In this document: positions 25,602 through 32,003 of the stretch, piece after piece
How positions within the stretch are numbered: the first letter of the stretch is position 1
How the letters are laid out: each line of letters opens with the position of its first letter
From: a virus
Lineage: Duplodnaviria > Caudoviricetes
Virus record (IMG/VR): IMGVR_UViG_3300012940_000073
Span: 1-32,003 of that record
Length of the DNA stretch: 32,003 nucleotides
Reading direction: 5' to 3' (one strand)
Notes under the pieces: model-generated
What the model saw: only the letters and a program-made list of their open reading frames with translations
Database searches by the model: none
What the model was told of the DNA's origin: nothing
Position numbers and translations under genes: made by a program

Positions 25602-25777
25602 GCCCGCACGCAAAAATCCACGCCGCAGATATGGGGGCACTGGTGGCTATGCTTGGCTCGTTTTGGGGGCTTCTCCCTGGCATCGCGGCGCTGCTGGCCG
25701 CGATCTGGTACGCGGTCCAGATATGGGAGAGCAAGACCGCGAGGCGTCTGACTGGCCGCGACAAGGACGGTGATTGA
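25598..25777 (+). CDS. Second holin-like membrane protein
   Basis: GLLPGIAALLAAIWYAVQIWES followed by a charged tail; ATGA coupling. Confidence 0.65.
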   Translation: MSPHAKIHAADMGALVAMLGSFWGLLPGIAALLAAIWYAVQIWESKTARRLTGRDKDGD

Positions 25778-26526
25778 TGCCAGAGACAGGCTCCGGTCTG
25801 GTTCCGAAGGTCCTCCTCCTTGACATAGAAACCGCTCCGATCAATGGCCTCGCGTGGAGCCCCTTCGACGCGAACATGATTCACATTATCGAGCCCACCT
25901 TCATCCTCTGTTTCGCATACAAGTGGCTCGACAAATCGACGGTCCACACCAGAGCGTTGTGCGACTACCCAGGCTACCGGCGCAACAAGCGGGACGACAG
26001 GGCTCTTGTGTCCGACCTCTGGAACGTCCTGGATGACGCTGACGTGGTAGTCGCGCACAATGGCGACGCCTTCGATATCAAGAAGACCAACGCGCGATTC
26101 GTGGTCCACGGCCTCCATCCGCCGACACCTTACAAGACGGTCGACACCCTCAAGATCGCCCGGCGGCACTTCAAATTCGACTCCAACAAACTCGACAACA
26201 TCGGCCGTTACTTGAGCGTCGGCCGGAAGCTCCCGAACACGGGCAAGGACCTGTGGTTAGGGTGTATGTCGGGGAATGTTGCGTCATGGCGCGCGATGCG
26301 CCGCTACAACGCCCAAGACGTGCGCTTGCTTGAGCAGGTGTACCACAAGATCAAGGCCCGGTCTCCGGGCCATCCGATCATGACGGCAATCACGCCCCGC
26401 AAGCATATCGCTTGCCCGACCTGTCTTTCGCACGACGTTCAGCGCCGAGGCTGGAACGTCGCGCGCGTGAAGAAGACGCCGCGCTGGCAGTGCCAGGGCT
26501 GCGGAAAGTGGTTTTCGGCATCATGA
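25777..26526 (+). CDS. RNase_H_2 / DEDDy 3'-5' exonuclease with C-terminal zinc ribbon
   Basis: LLDIET, HNGDAFDI, NKLD, YNAQDV; CPTC...CQGC. Confidence 0.88.
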   Translation: MPETGSGLVPKVLLLDIETAPINGLAWSPFDANMIHIIEPTFILCFAYKWLDKSTVHTRALCDYPGYRRNKRDDRALVSDLWNVLDDADVVVAHNGDAFDIKKTNARFVVHGLHPPTPYKTVDTLKIARRHFKFDSNKLDNIGRYLSVGRKLPNTGKDLWLGCMSGNVASWRAMRRYNAQDVRLLEQVYHKIKARSPGHPIMTAITPRKHIACPTCLSHDVQRRGWNVARVKKTPRWQCQGCGKWFSAS

Positions 26527-26705
26527 CCGAACGCTTTTTCAAATTCGTGCTGCATCACGATGCGGCTTCGTACTCTGCACTAGGTTGGAAGGCGCATGAC
26601 TCCCTCGAAGGAACGCACCACGGAGAGCACGCAATCCTCATGGAGCGGACCGGAGAAGGAGAGCCAAGAGAACCGGGCCGGGTGGAGCTACCAGCCCCAT
26701 CCTGA
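26523..26705 (+). CDS. Hypothetical protein (60 aa)
   Basis: ATGA-coupled; MTERFFKFVLHHDAASYSALGW... Confidence 0.6.
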   Translation: MTERFFKFVLHHDAASYSALGWKAHDSLEGTHHGEHAILMERTGEGEPREPGRVELPAPS

Positions 26706-26868
26706 GCCGGAGTTTTTGCAGATATTCGGCGGGAGGCACCGCCAGGATGTCCTTCTGTCAATGGTCATCGACGGAAAACAGATTCACGCCTCTTTGAGCC
26801 GCCGCCGCCTCTTTCACCTCATGGCGCAATGCGCCGCAGCGTTGAGCGACATGGAGCCAGGGAAATGA
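26596..26868 (+). CDS. Hypothetical protein (start uncertain)
   Basis: ORF fills the space up to the convergence point with the leftward array; overlaps the previous ORF. Confidence 0.4.
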   Translation: MTPSKERTTESTQSSWSGPEKESQENRAGWSYQPHPEPEFLQIFGGRHRQDVLLSMVIDGKQIHASLSRRRLFHLMAQCAAALSDMEPGK

Positions 26869-26871
26869 CGC

Positions 26872-27126
26872 CTATTTCGAAGCCGGCAGCGTAACCCGCC
26901 TGAACGCCGCCGAGTGATCCGCCCCATACGACGGGCACACAAAGACCGTATCCGGTAGGCCGTCCTCTCCAACGTCGCCGCCGACGCCGCAGATGAACAT
27001 GGCCCCGGATTTGTCATAGAACGCCTGACCTGCGGCAAAGACGATCCTGGCCGCCAGCTCTCGCTCGCTGTCGTCCAGCGGGGATCCATCGCGGAGCCTC
27101 TGGCCGATCTGCTCAATGCGGGTCAT
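26872..27126 (-). CDS. Hypothetical protein, leftward array
   Basis: 84 aa; GAMFICG...DGLPDTVFVCPSYG. Confidence 0.7.
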   Translation of the reverse strand: MTRIEQIGQRLRDGSPLDDSERELAARIVFAAGQAFYDKSGAMFICGVGGDVGEDGLPDTVFVCPSYGADHSAAFRRVTLPASK

Positions 27127-27165
27127 GGGAGCCGATCTGCGTGCGGCGGAGGGTGAGGGCGCTAG

Positions 27166-27363
27166 TCAGGTGGCTTTCCTCTCTGCGCCAAGCGGCTCGA
27201 CATCGCACCACTTTTGCGCCGGCTCGGGCCACTGTGGCACCCCAAAAACTACCATGCGGTCCTCAAGGGCTGCCACCGCCACCGCTTCTTCCACTGTCTC
27301 GAAGGCTTGCACCGGCCCAGAGTAGCCTTCGACGCCGCAGTCATAGGCAATCACGTAGATCAT
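27166..27363 (-). CDS. Hypothetical protein, leftward array
   Basis: 65 aa; GGAG RBS. Confidence 0.7.
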   Translation of the reverse strand: MIYVIAYDCGVEGYSGPVQAFETVEEAVAVAALEDRMVVFGVPQWPEPAQKWCDVEPLGAERKAT

Positions 27364-27397
27364 TCTCTATCTCCGTCCGACCATGTGTTGTGAGCTC

Positions 27398-27601
27398 TCA
27401 GCCGATGCACCTGCTCGGGCGATCTTGCGCCTCCAGCGTACCCAGATCGCCGCAGATAGGGCACGGGTCTTCCGGGCGTAAATCATTCGGTGCAGCGCCA
27501 TCGCTAAATGGACACTTCGCCCCGGCTTTCACCACGGCATACCCTTCAAAGATTAGCTGCAAGAGCCTATCCTTGCCGATAATCTGCTCCGGTGTCCGCA
27601 T
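27398..27601 (-). CDS. Cys-containing hypothetical protein
   Basis: MRTPEQIIG...KCP...PCPICG...RC; AAGGA RBS. Confidence 0.65.
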   Translation of the reverse strand: MRTPEQIIGKDRLLQLIFEGYAVVKAGAKCPFSDGAAPNDLRPEDPCPICGDLGTLEAQDRPSRCIG

Positions 27602-27606
27602 CCGAC

Positions 27607-28038
27607 TTAGTCCTTTCGAGCCAGACGGCAGCATTCCAGCGCCGCTTCGGCTTCCTCCAAGGTCAACGGCTTCGCAGCATCCGGCTCCTGCCCGCCATTG
27701 CGCGGATCGACCCGGATCAGCATCTCGGTCTGACCGCGATGCTTGTACCAATAGCCAGCGATGAAGCCACCGCCGCGCCACGACCCTTCATGTTCGGGCT
27801 GCTCGGGATTTGGAGGTACGAATAGCGCGCCATAGCTCCGGTCATCGCGGCGGACGTAGAACGCCTCGTCATGACGTTCATCGATCCAAGCGTGTTCACC
27901 CATCAACTCCCTGATGGCGCCGGCCGTCGCGCAGTTCCAGTTATCGGAGGAAAACTCGCCGCTCTCAAAAGCGCAACGCGGTTCGCTTGCGGAGTGCTCG
28001 GGTCGTCCCTGCTCGATGCATAATTTACACTTCGGCAT
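27607..28038 (-). CDS. Hypothetical protein with Cys motifs
   Basis: MPKCKLC...PRCAF...NWNCAT...WYKHRG; AGGA junction motif. Confidence 0.75.
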   Translation of the reverse strand: MPKCKLCIEQGRPEHSASEPRCAFESGEFSSDNWNCATAGAIRELMGEHAWIDERHDEAFYVRRDDRSYGALFVPPNPEQPEHEGSWRGGGFIAGYWYKHRGQTEMLIRVDPRNGGQEPDAAKPLTLEEAEAALECCRLARKD

Positions 28039-28052
28039 CGGGACTATTCCTG

Positions 28053-28181
28053 TTAGGTGCAGAACCATTCTATGTTGTCTTGCTTCCGCCAGCGTTCCGA
28101 CAACCTGAGAAGCGCGCGACGACGCCACGGCATGAGCAGTGCCAGAAGCCGCAGTTTGGGCCAGTCATCGGGGCGTTTCAT
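28053..28181 (-). CDS. Small basic protein (42 aa)
   Basis: MKRPDDWPKLRLLALLMPWRRRALLRLSERWRKQDNIEWFCT; ATGA-coupled; stop abuts the junction motif. Confidence 0.5.
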   Translation of the reverse strand: MKRPDDWPKLRLLALLMPWRRRALLRLSERWRKQDNIEWFCT

Positions 28182-28354
28182 CGGGGCGAGATGGCCTGCC
28201 GGCCCCTATCGGTGAGCGACCAATTCGCCCGACCGTGTTCGATCTTCACGTACCCCTCTCGTTCAAGATCTTCGACGTAATCGGTACGCCAATTCCACGC
28301 GTAGCTTGAAGGGACGTGCGCCAGAATTCGCAGATGAGCGTTGGTGAGTGACAT
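28178..28354 (-). CDS. Small winged-helix-like protein (58 aa)
   Basis: MSLTNAHLRIL...VEDLEREGYVKI...WSLTDRGRQA; AGAGGA RBS. Confidence 0.65.
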   Translation of the reverse strand: MSLTNAHLRILAHVPSSYAWNWRTDYVEDLEREGYVKIEHGRANWSLTDRGRQAISPR

Positions 28355-28372
28355 CGGGGCTATTCCTCTTGG

Positions 28373-28600
28373 TTAGGCGGGCGTTGCCTGCGTGTGGCGC
28401 TCTCGTCCGAGCGGCTTGCCATGCTCGTCGCGAAGCATCGTAAGCGTGAGCACGTTGCTCCATTCGTGGCACGCCGCGTCGCTGTTGCCTTTGTTGATGC
28501 GCGGGCAGTCGCAATGATTCATCGGCTTGTAGACGCAACCACGCACGACGCAGACAACCGGGTGGTCCGGCAGATCGCTGCGCTGCTTCCGCTTCTGCAT
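28373..28600 (-). CDS. Cys/His-rich hypothetical protein
   Basis: MQKRKQR...CVVRGC...HCDC...ACH; preceded by the junction motif. Confidence 0.6.
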   Translation of the reverse strand: MQKRKQRSDLPDHPVVCVVRGCVYKPMNHCDCPRINKGNSDAACHEWSNVLTLTMLRDEHGKPLGRERHTQATPA

Positions 28601-28614
28601 CGGGGCTTTTCGTA

Positions 28615-28875
28615 TCAGCACCCGAACTTCGGAATAATGAAATGACCGGGCCTGTGGGCGCGGATGTAGGCAGAGAATCGCCGGCCGCAATCATCATCGG
28701 TCAGATCACAGGAACCGGCCTCGTCGCGGAATCGAACCGTCGCGGGCGTCGCCGAGCGATCGATGGAGATGGAGCCGGCGCTGGAGCAGGCCGAACTATT
28801 CGCCGCTGCCGCGACATATATGCCGCCGGAGACCAGGAGGGCGAAGGCCGCGACTGCGATAAAGCGAATGTTCAT
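28615..28875 (-). CDS. Small secreted protein with four Cys
   Basis: Signal-peptide-like MNIRFIAVAAFALLVSGGIYVAAA; GGGAG RBS. Confidence 0.65.
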   Translation of the reverse strand: MNIRFIAVAAFALLVSGGIYVAAAANSSACSSAGSISIDRSATPATVRFRDEAGSCDLTDDDCGRRFSAYIRAHRPGHFIIPKFGC

Positions 28876-28916
28876 CTTTCTCTCTCCCAAGTCCGCCCGT
28901 GCCGGCGGGGCTAATC

Positions 28917-29186
28917 CTATTGGTCGAACGTGGTGAAAAGGCGGTGCTGTCCTGCGCTGCTTATGGTGTTCGGTATTTCGTGAAGCTCGCCGAGTTCAAC
29001 CATGCGGTCGGCGCATGCCAGCATGTCCCAACTATCGCCGGTTCCGGCGTGGCCCATGAGTTTGTCCACGCGGACAACGCCAGCTTGGCCGATCAGCTTT
29101 TTTGCCGCATCGCGGACTTTGAGAAACATGCGCTGCCCTTCTTCCGTAAACAAGTTGGCGCGCTGTTCTGCGTAGACATATGGCAT
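28917..29186 (-). CDS. Phage hypothetical protein
   Basis: MPYVYAEQRANLFTEEGQRMFLKVRD...GDSWDMLACADRMVELGEL; AGGA junction. Confidence 0.75.
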   Translation of the reverse strand: MPYVYAEQRANLFTEEGQRMFLKVRDAAKKLIGQAGVVRVDKLMGHAGTGDSWDMLACADRMVELGELHEIPNTISSAGQHRLFTTFDQ

Positions 29187-29197
29187 CGGGGGGGTTC

Positions 29198-29440
29198 CTA
29201 CTGGCTGCGACCAAGTGCTTTGTCGGCCTCGTGAGCGATCATGTGCGGCTGATGGCCGAGCGGCGTCTCGTCGCGATAGCGCGCGAGCAGTTTCCGGTAG
29301 CGCATGGCTTCGTTGTACCACTTGTCGCGCTCGATAATCAGCTTAGCCTGCACCTCGCGCTCGACGTCAAGATGCGCGCGAATGATCTGATAGCCCTTGC
29401 AGGGCTCGTCATCTTCCGATTTTACGCAGGCTGGCTGCAT
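29198..29440 (-). CDS. Hypothetical protein
   Basis: 80 aa helical; AAGGA junction motif. Confidence 0.7.
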   Translation of the reverse strand: MQPACVKSEDDEPCKGYQIIRAHLDVEREVQAKLIIERDKWYNEAMRYRKLLARYRDETPLGHQPHMIAHEADKALGRSQ

Positions 29441-29444
29441 CGGG

Positions 29445-29732
29445 CTATTCCTTCACCATGGGTGCTTCGTCGCGCCATTTGCTCTCGGTGCCATCGCGCG
29501 CCTCGATAACGCCCGAGGGGATCGGGATCGCAGAAAGCGGAGCCCAGAACGCCGGTCCCCAATCGTCACCAGTGTCGTCAAGCCAGCAGTCGACATAGTC
29601 ATCTGGCTCGCCTCCCTCATCGGCCGCGCTTTGTTCGGCGGAGACGAAGCGGACCTGACGAATGCCGCTATCGTAAAGCCACGCCCAAACTTTCGTGCCG
29701 TCTTTAGGGGCCGTTTTAATAGGCTGCCACAT
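29445..29732 (-). CDS. DUF551-like (WQPIETAP-type) phage protein
   Basis: MWQPIKTAPKDGT...W.P.FWAPL; GGAG RBS; first gene after the promoter. Confidence 0.75.
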   Translation of the reverse strand: MWQPIKTAPKDGTKVWAWLYDSGIRQVRFVSAEQSAADEGGEPDDYVDCWLDDTGDDWGPAFWAPLSAIPIPSGVIEARDGTESKWRDEAPMVKE

Positions 29733-29755
29733 CGGGTCTCTCCGTGTTGTAGAAA

Positions 29756-29809
29756 ATCATACGCACACTCTTGCCGGGTGTCAATAAGTCTGATATCACT
29801 TTCCGGCAA
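29756..29809 (-). promoter_or_regulatory. Near-consensus leftward sigma70 promoter overlapped by an imperfect inverted repeat
   Basis: TTGACA(29784-29779)-17 bp-TATGAT(29761-29756); TTGCCGG(29771)...CCGGCAA(29803) with inner GTGTCA...TGATAT. Confidence 0.8.
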
Positions 29810-30387
29810 TGAGTGGAAAACCCGACTATCGCAATTACATCAACCCCGGCCCGAAAGGGTCGCGGTTCACCGCTGGCTGGCAGGCAGAGTTTCTGCCTGA
29901 CGGCGAAACCTACACCGAAGATAAAACCGGAAAGGTCATCGAGGGCCTTATCAGTTCGGTGCGTGCTGGCAGCATCGTCCGTGTGCGTCGCTTGTTTTGT
30001 CTCGGGCCGTGGAAGGGCTCTCCCCGCAAGCGCCGGGAGGCTGTCGCCGAGCGTGTCGGCCGCATCCTCTCCATCAAAGGCGCCTCAATCGAGGAAACAG
30101 AAACGGGCCGCAGTTCGAAAGAGCGCGGCGCCTGCGCCAAGATGCTCATGGGTGCCTATGAGGACATCGCCAGCGCCGGCCGCGCCATAGCCAAGGGGCG
30201 CACCGGGCGGCCTCCTAAATTCAATCTGACTCCGGAACAGTGGGAGATTGCAGGCGGCATCTGGTATGCCCGAAAATACACCACTGACAACGATCGGCTC
30301 AGGGCCATCGAAAGGCGTCTCGGGGTCAAGATTGGACGCACAACGATGCGGAATCGGTTTGGGTCGCCGCATGGGGGCGTCACATGA
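29809..30387 (+). CDS. Serine resolvase/invertase-fold protein with degenerate active site and C-terminal HTH
   Basis: Colinear with resolvases: YINPG (for YARVS), Q, YTED, VRAGSIVRVRRLFCLG (for LRxGDxLVVxxLDRLG), GASI, GRPPK, HTH ending IGRTTMRNRF. Confidence 0.7.
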   Translation: MSGKPDYRNYINPGPKGSRFTAGWQAEFLPDGETYTEDKTGKVIEGLISSVRAGSIVRVRRLFCLGPWKGSPRKRREAVAERVGRILSIKGASIEETETGRSSKERGACAKMLMGAYEDIASAGRAIAKGRTGRPPKFNLTPEQWEIAGGIWYARKYTTDNDRLRAIERRLGVKIGRTTMRNRFGSPHGGVT

Positions 30388-30719
30388 TCTATTTCGTTCG
30401 GTGCGGCAGGACCGAGTTTGTCAAAATCGGTTCGGCTGCGAATGTACTAAAGCGAATTGAGCTACTACAAATCGGCTGCCCATATCGCCTGGTACTCTTG
30501 GCGGTGCGTGAAGGCGGCGAGCTCGAAGAAAAACGGCTGCACACCGTGTTCGCGGCCGAAAGACACTCTGGGGAATGGTTCAAGATAACTCCCCGACTTA
30601 GGCAGTTCGTTCTTGAACAGACGCCAGCTTCAGAGTTCTACGATAAGGTTCTTTCGAAGAAGCACCGGTCGAAAATATTGGACGCAGCATTTATCCGAAG
30701 TGGATCACTGACAAAATAG
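30384..30719 (+). CDS. GIY-YIG superfamily T5orf172/MUG113 domain protein
   Basis: IYF...VKIG...KRIELLQIGCP...EKRLH..F...GEWF. Confidence 0.88.
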   Translation: MIYFVRCGRTEFVKIGSAANVLKRIELLQIGCPYRLVLLAVREGGELEEKRLHTVFAAERHSGEWFKITPRLRQFVLEQTPASEFYDKVLSKKHRSKILDAAFIRSGSLTK

Positions 30720-30727
30720 GGAGAGCC

Positions 30728-30892
30728 ATGAAAACCCTGGCTGAAGAACTCAGAGACGATGATGAACGCCTGCGCCGCCGCATAGTACACGCTACGCGCC
30801 CCAAGCACCCGCTTACGATGGACGACGCTGAAAAGCTCCATAGGGCGATGATCGAGAGTTCCGAGTTCGTCTCAGATCCTCACGAGAAATAG
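30728..30892 (+). CDS. Hypothetical protein (54 aa)
   Basis: MKTLAEELRDDDERLRRRIVH...; AGGGAG RBS; bounded by junction repeats. Confidence 0.65.
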   Translation: MKTLAEELRDDDERLRRRIVHATRPKHPLTMDDAEKLHRAMIESSEFVSDPHEK

Positions 30893-30902
30893 GGAGAGAC
30901 GC

Positions 30903-31532
30903 TTGATCGCCGCGCTTTTCGTCGAGCCCGATGGAGCTTACGCCGACGTGCCCGGGGTTGACCTGTGGGATGAGGCGCGCGATGCGCGGCTATATCCCGG
31001 CCCGTTTCCTGTCGTGGCCCATCCTCCCTGTCAACGCTGGGGAAGATTTTGGCACGGCTCGACCCGCAAGCCGCACCAATTCAAACTAGGGGATGACGGC
31101 GGGTGCTTTGCTGCCGCGCTCACGGCTGTGCGGACGTTCGGCGGCGTACTCGAACATCCGTGCGACAGTCACGCCTGGCGCCATTTCGGTTTGATGCCGC
31201 CCCGCCGGTACGCAGGGTGGCAGCCGGCCGCCGATGGCGTCGGGTATACCTGCTACGTCGAGCAAGGTCACTATGGCCATATGAGCCGCAAGCCGACTTG
31301 GCTCTACGCTGTCGGCGCGGCGTTGCCGGAATTAAATTGGTCCAGGGGAGAGCAGAGGCTTCACCCGACCGCGCTGGCAAAGCATGGATATGAAAAGGCG
31401 CGCCGGATCGGGATGACGGCTATGGTGGGCGGTAAGCACAAGACGAAGATCAGGAACGCCACGCCGGTCGAATTTCGCGAGCTTCTTTTAGCAATGGCAC
31501 GAAGCGTCCGTAAATCGGACCTAGCAGCTTAG
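30903..31532 (+). CDS. Short Dcm-like (C5 cytosine methyltransferase-related) protein lacking motif I
   Basis: VVAHPPCQ (motif IV-like), VLEHP (VI-like), YGH..RKPTWL, RNATP; N-terminal IAALFVEPDG instead of LFxGxG. Confidence 0.65.
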   Translation: MIAALFVEPDGAYADVPGVDLWDEARDARLYPGPFPVVAHPPCQRWGRFWHGSTRKPHQFKLGDDGGCFAAALTAVRTFGGVLEHPCDSHAWRHFGLMPPRRYAGWQPAADGVGYTCYVEQGHYGHMSRKPTWLYAVGAALPELNWSRGEQRLHPTALAKHGYEKARRIGMTAMVGGKHKTKIRNATPVEFRELLLAMARSVRKSDLAA

Positions 31533-31542
31533 GGAGACGCCC

Positions 31543-31683
31543 ATGCCATGGCCCTCGATTGGACCCTACATCTTTGTCCCATGCGTCCGCGAGTGCATGT
31601 GCGGGGCGACGTGGCTGGGCGAGCCCGATGAGAAGCTGGTCGGCCTGTACTGGTGGCGCTTGTTCAGAGTGCCGAACGTGTAG
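31543..31683 (+). CDS. Small hypothetical protein (46 aa)
   Basis: MPWPSIGPYIFVPCVRECMCGATWLGEP...; AGGGAG RBS; stop sits in the next junction. Confidence 0.55.
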   Translation: MPWPSIGPYIFVPCVRECMCGATWLGEPDEKLVGLYWWRLFRVPNV

Positions 31684-31693
31684 GGGGGCACCG

Positions 31694-31864
31694 ATGACCA
31701 GCGAACCGTCGAGCAATCCTGAGCCGAAACCAGTCACCACGACAGAACGTGACGACGCCGCGCTCATTGGCGCCCTGGAGGCCTGGTACAACAGCTTCCC
31801 GCACGACGGCGGCGAGAAGGAATGGGACGAGCTGCTTCGGATCGTCCGGGCGCTCCAGGGGTAG
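31694..31864 (+). CDS. Small acidic hypothetical protein (56 aa)
   Basis: MTSEPSSNPE...ALEAWYNSF...EWDELLRIVRALQG; AGGGGGG RBS. Confidence 0.6.
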   Translation: MTSEPSSNPEPKPVTTTERDDAALIGALEAWYNSFPHDGGEKEWDELLRIVRALQG

Positions 31865-31985
31865 GAGGCAGCGCCAGTGAGCAGCCACGGGTGCGGGAGG
31901 CGCTGAAATTTCCTCTTTCGCCTCAATGAGTGCTCTTGTCCCGCACCTTCCTGCTAAGCCATTGACAGCGCTCTATTGTGTTACG

Positions 31986-32001
31986 CCGTCATCGCCCACC
32001 A
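31986..32001 (+). other. Probable att core: duplicated 3' end of tRNA-Val
   Basis: CCGTCATCGCCCACCA is one base from the E. coli tRNA-Val(TAC) 3' end as I recall it (CCGTCATCACCCACCA); no T-loop or tRNA body upstream. Confidence 0.7.
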
Positions 32002-32003
32002 CC

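Larger units (their letters stand above)
1..32001. mobile_element. Temperate prophage with P22-like (podovirus) morphogenesis genes; left part with the integrase lies outside the window
   Basis: Canonical lambdoid order: early-left, cI/cro, replication, late activator, terminase, portal, capsid, tail, lysis, accessory genes, att-like tRNA fragment. No tape measure or sheath gene. Confidence 0.95.

Noticed and set aside
29188-29194. G7 tract in an RBS spacer as a phase-variation switch
   Set aside because: Too short for high-frequency slippage and better read as a variant of the junction motif.
29809-30387. Active invertase driving tail-fibre switching
   Set aside because: Catalytic residues are missing, and no inverted repeats or alternative fibre ends flank the fibre genes.
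31960-32003. Complete tRNA gene
   Set aside because: Only the last 16 nt match; no D arm, anticodon arm or T-loop upstream.

Overview
About 32 kb of a high-GC temperate alphaproteobacterial (probably Hyphomicrobiales) prophage with P22-like short-tail virion genes. From left to right: the end of the leftward early operon, including a DUF6745-like protein with a 27 x 12-bp SQLx repeat that runs off the window; a lambdoid immunity switch (short XRE repressor, Cro/YdaS, five GTTGC-N7-GCAAC operator-like sites); CII-like, RusA and replication genes; a DnaA-C HTH plus DUF6456 late-activator pair; terminase, portal, scaffold, capsid, tail hub, ejection proteins and tail fibres; two counter-oriented morons; and a lysis cassette plus exonuclease. 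The right end is an accessory region where a catalytically degenerate serine-resolvase-like gene sits back-to-back with a consensus promoter, and two divergent arrays of small genes are joined by conserved junction motifs. The window ends at a copy of a tRNA-Val 3' end (probable attR). All family calls come from motif recognition by eye; no searches were run.
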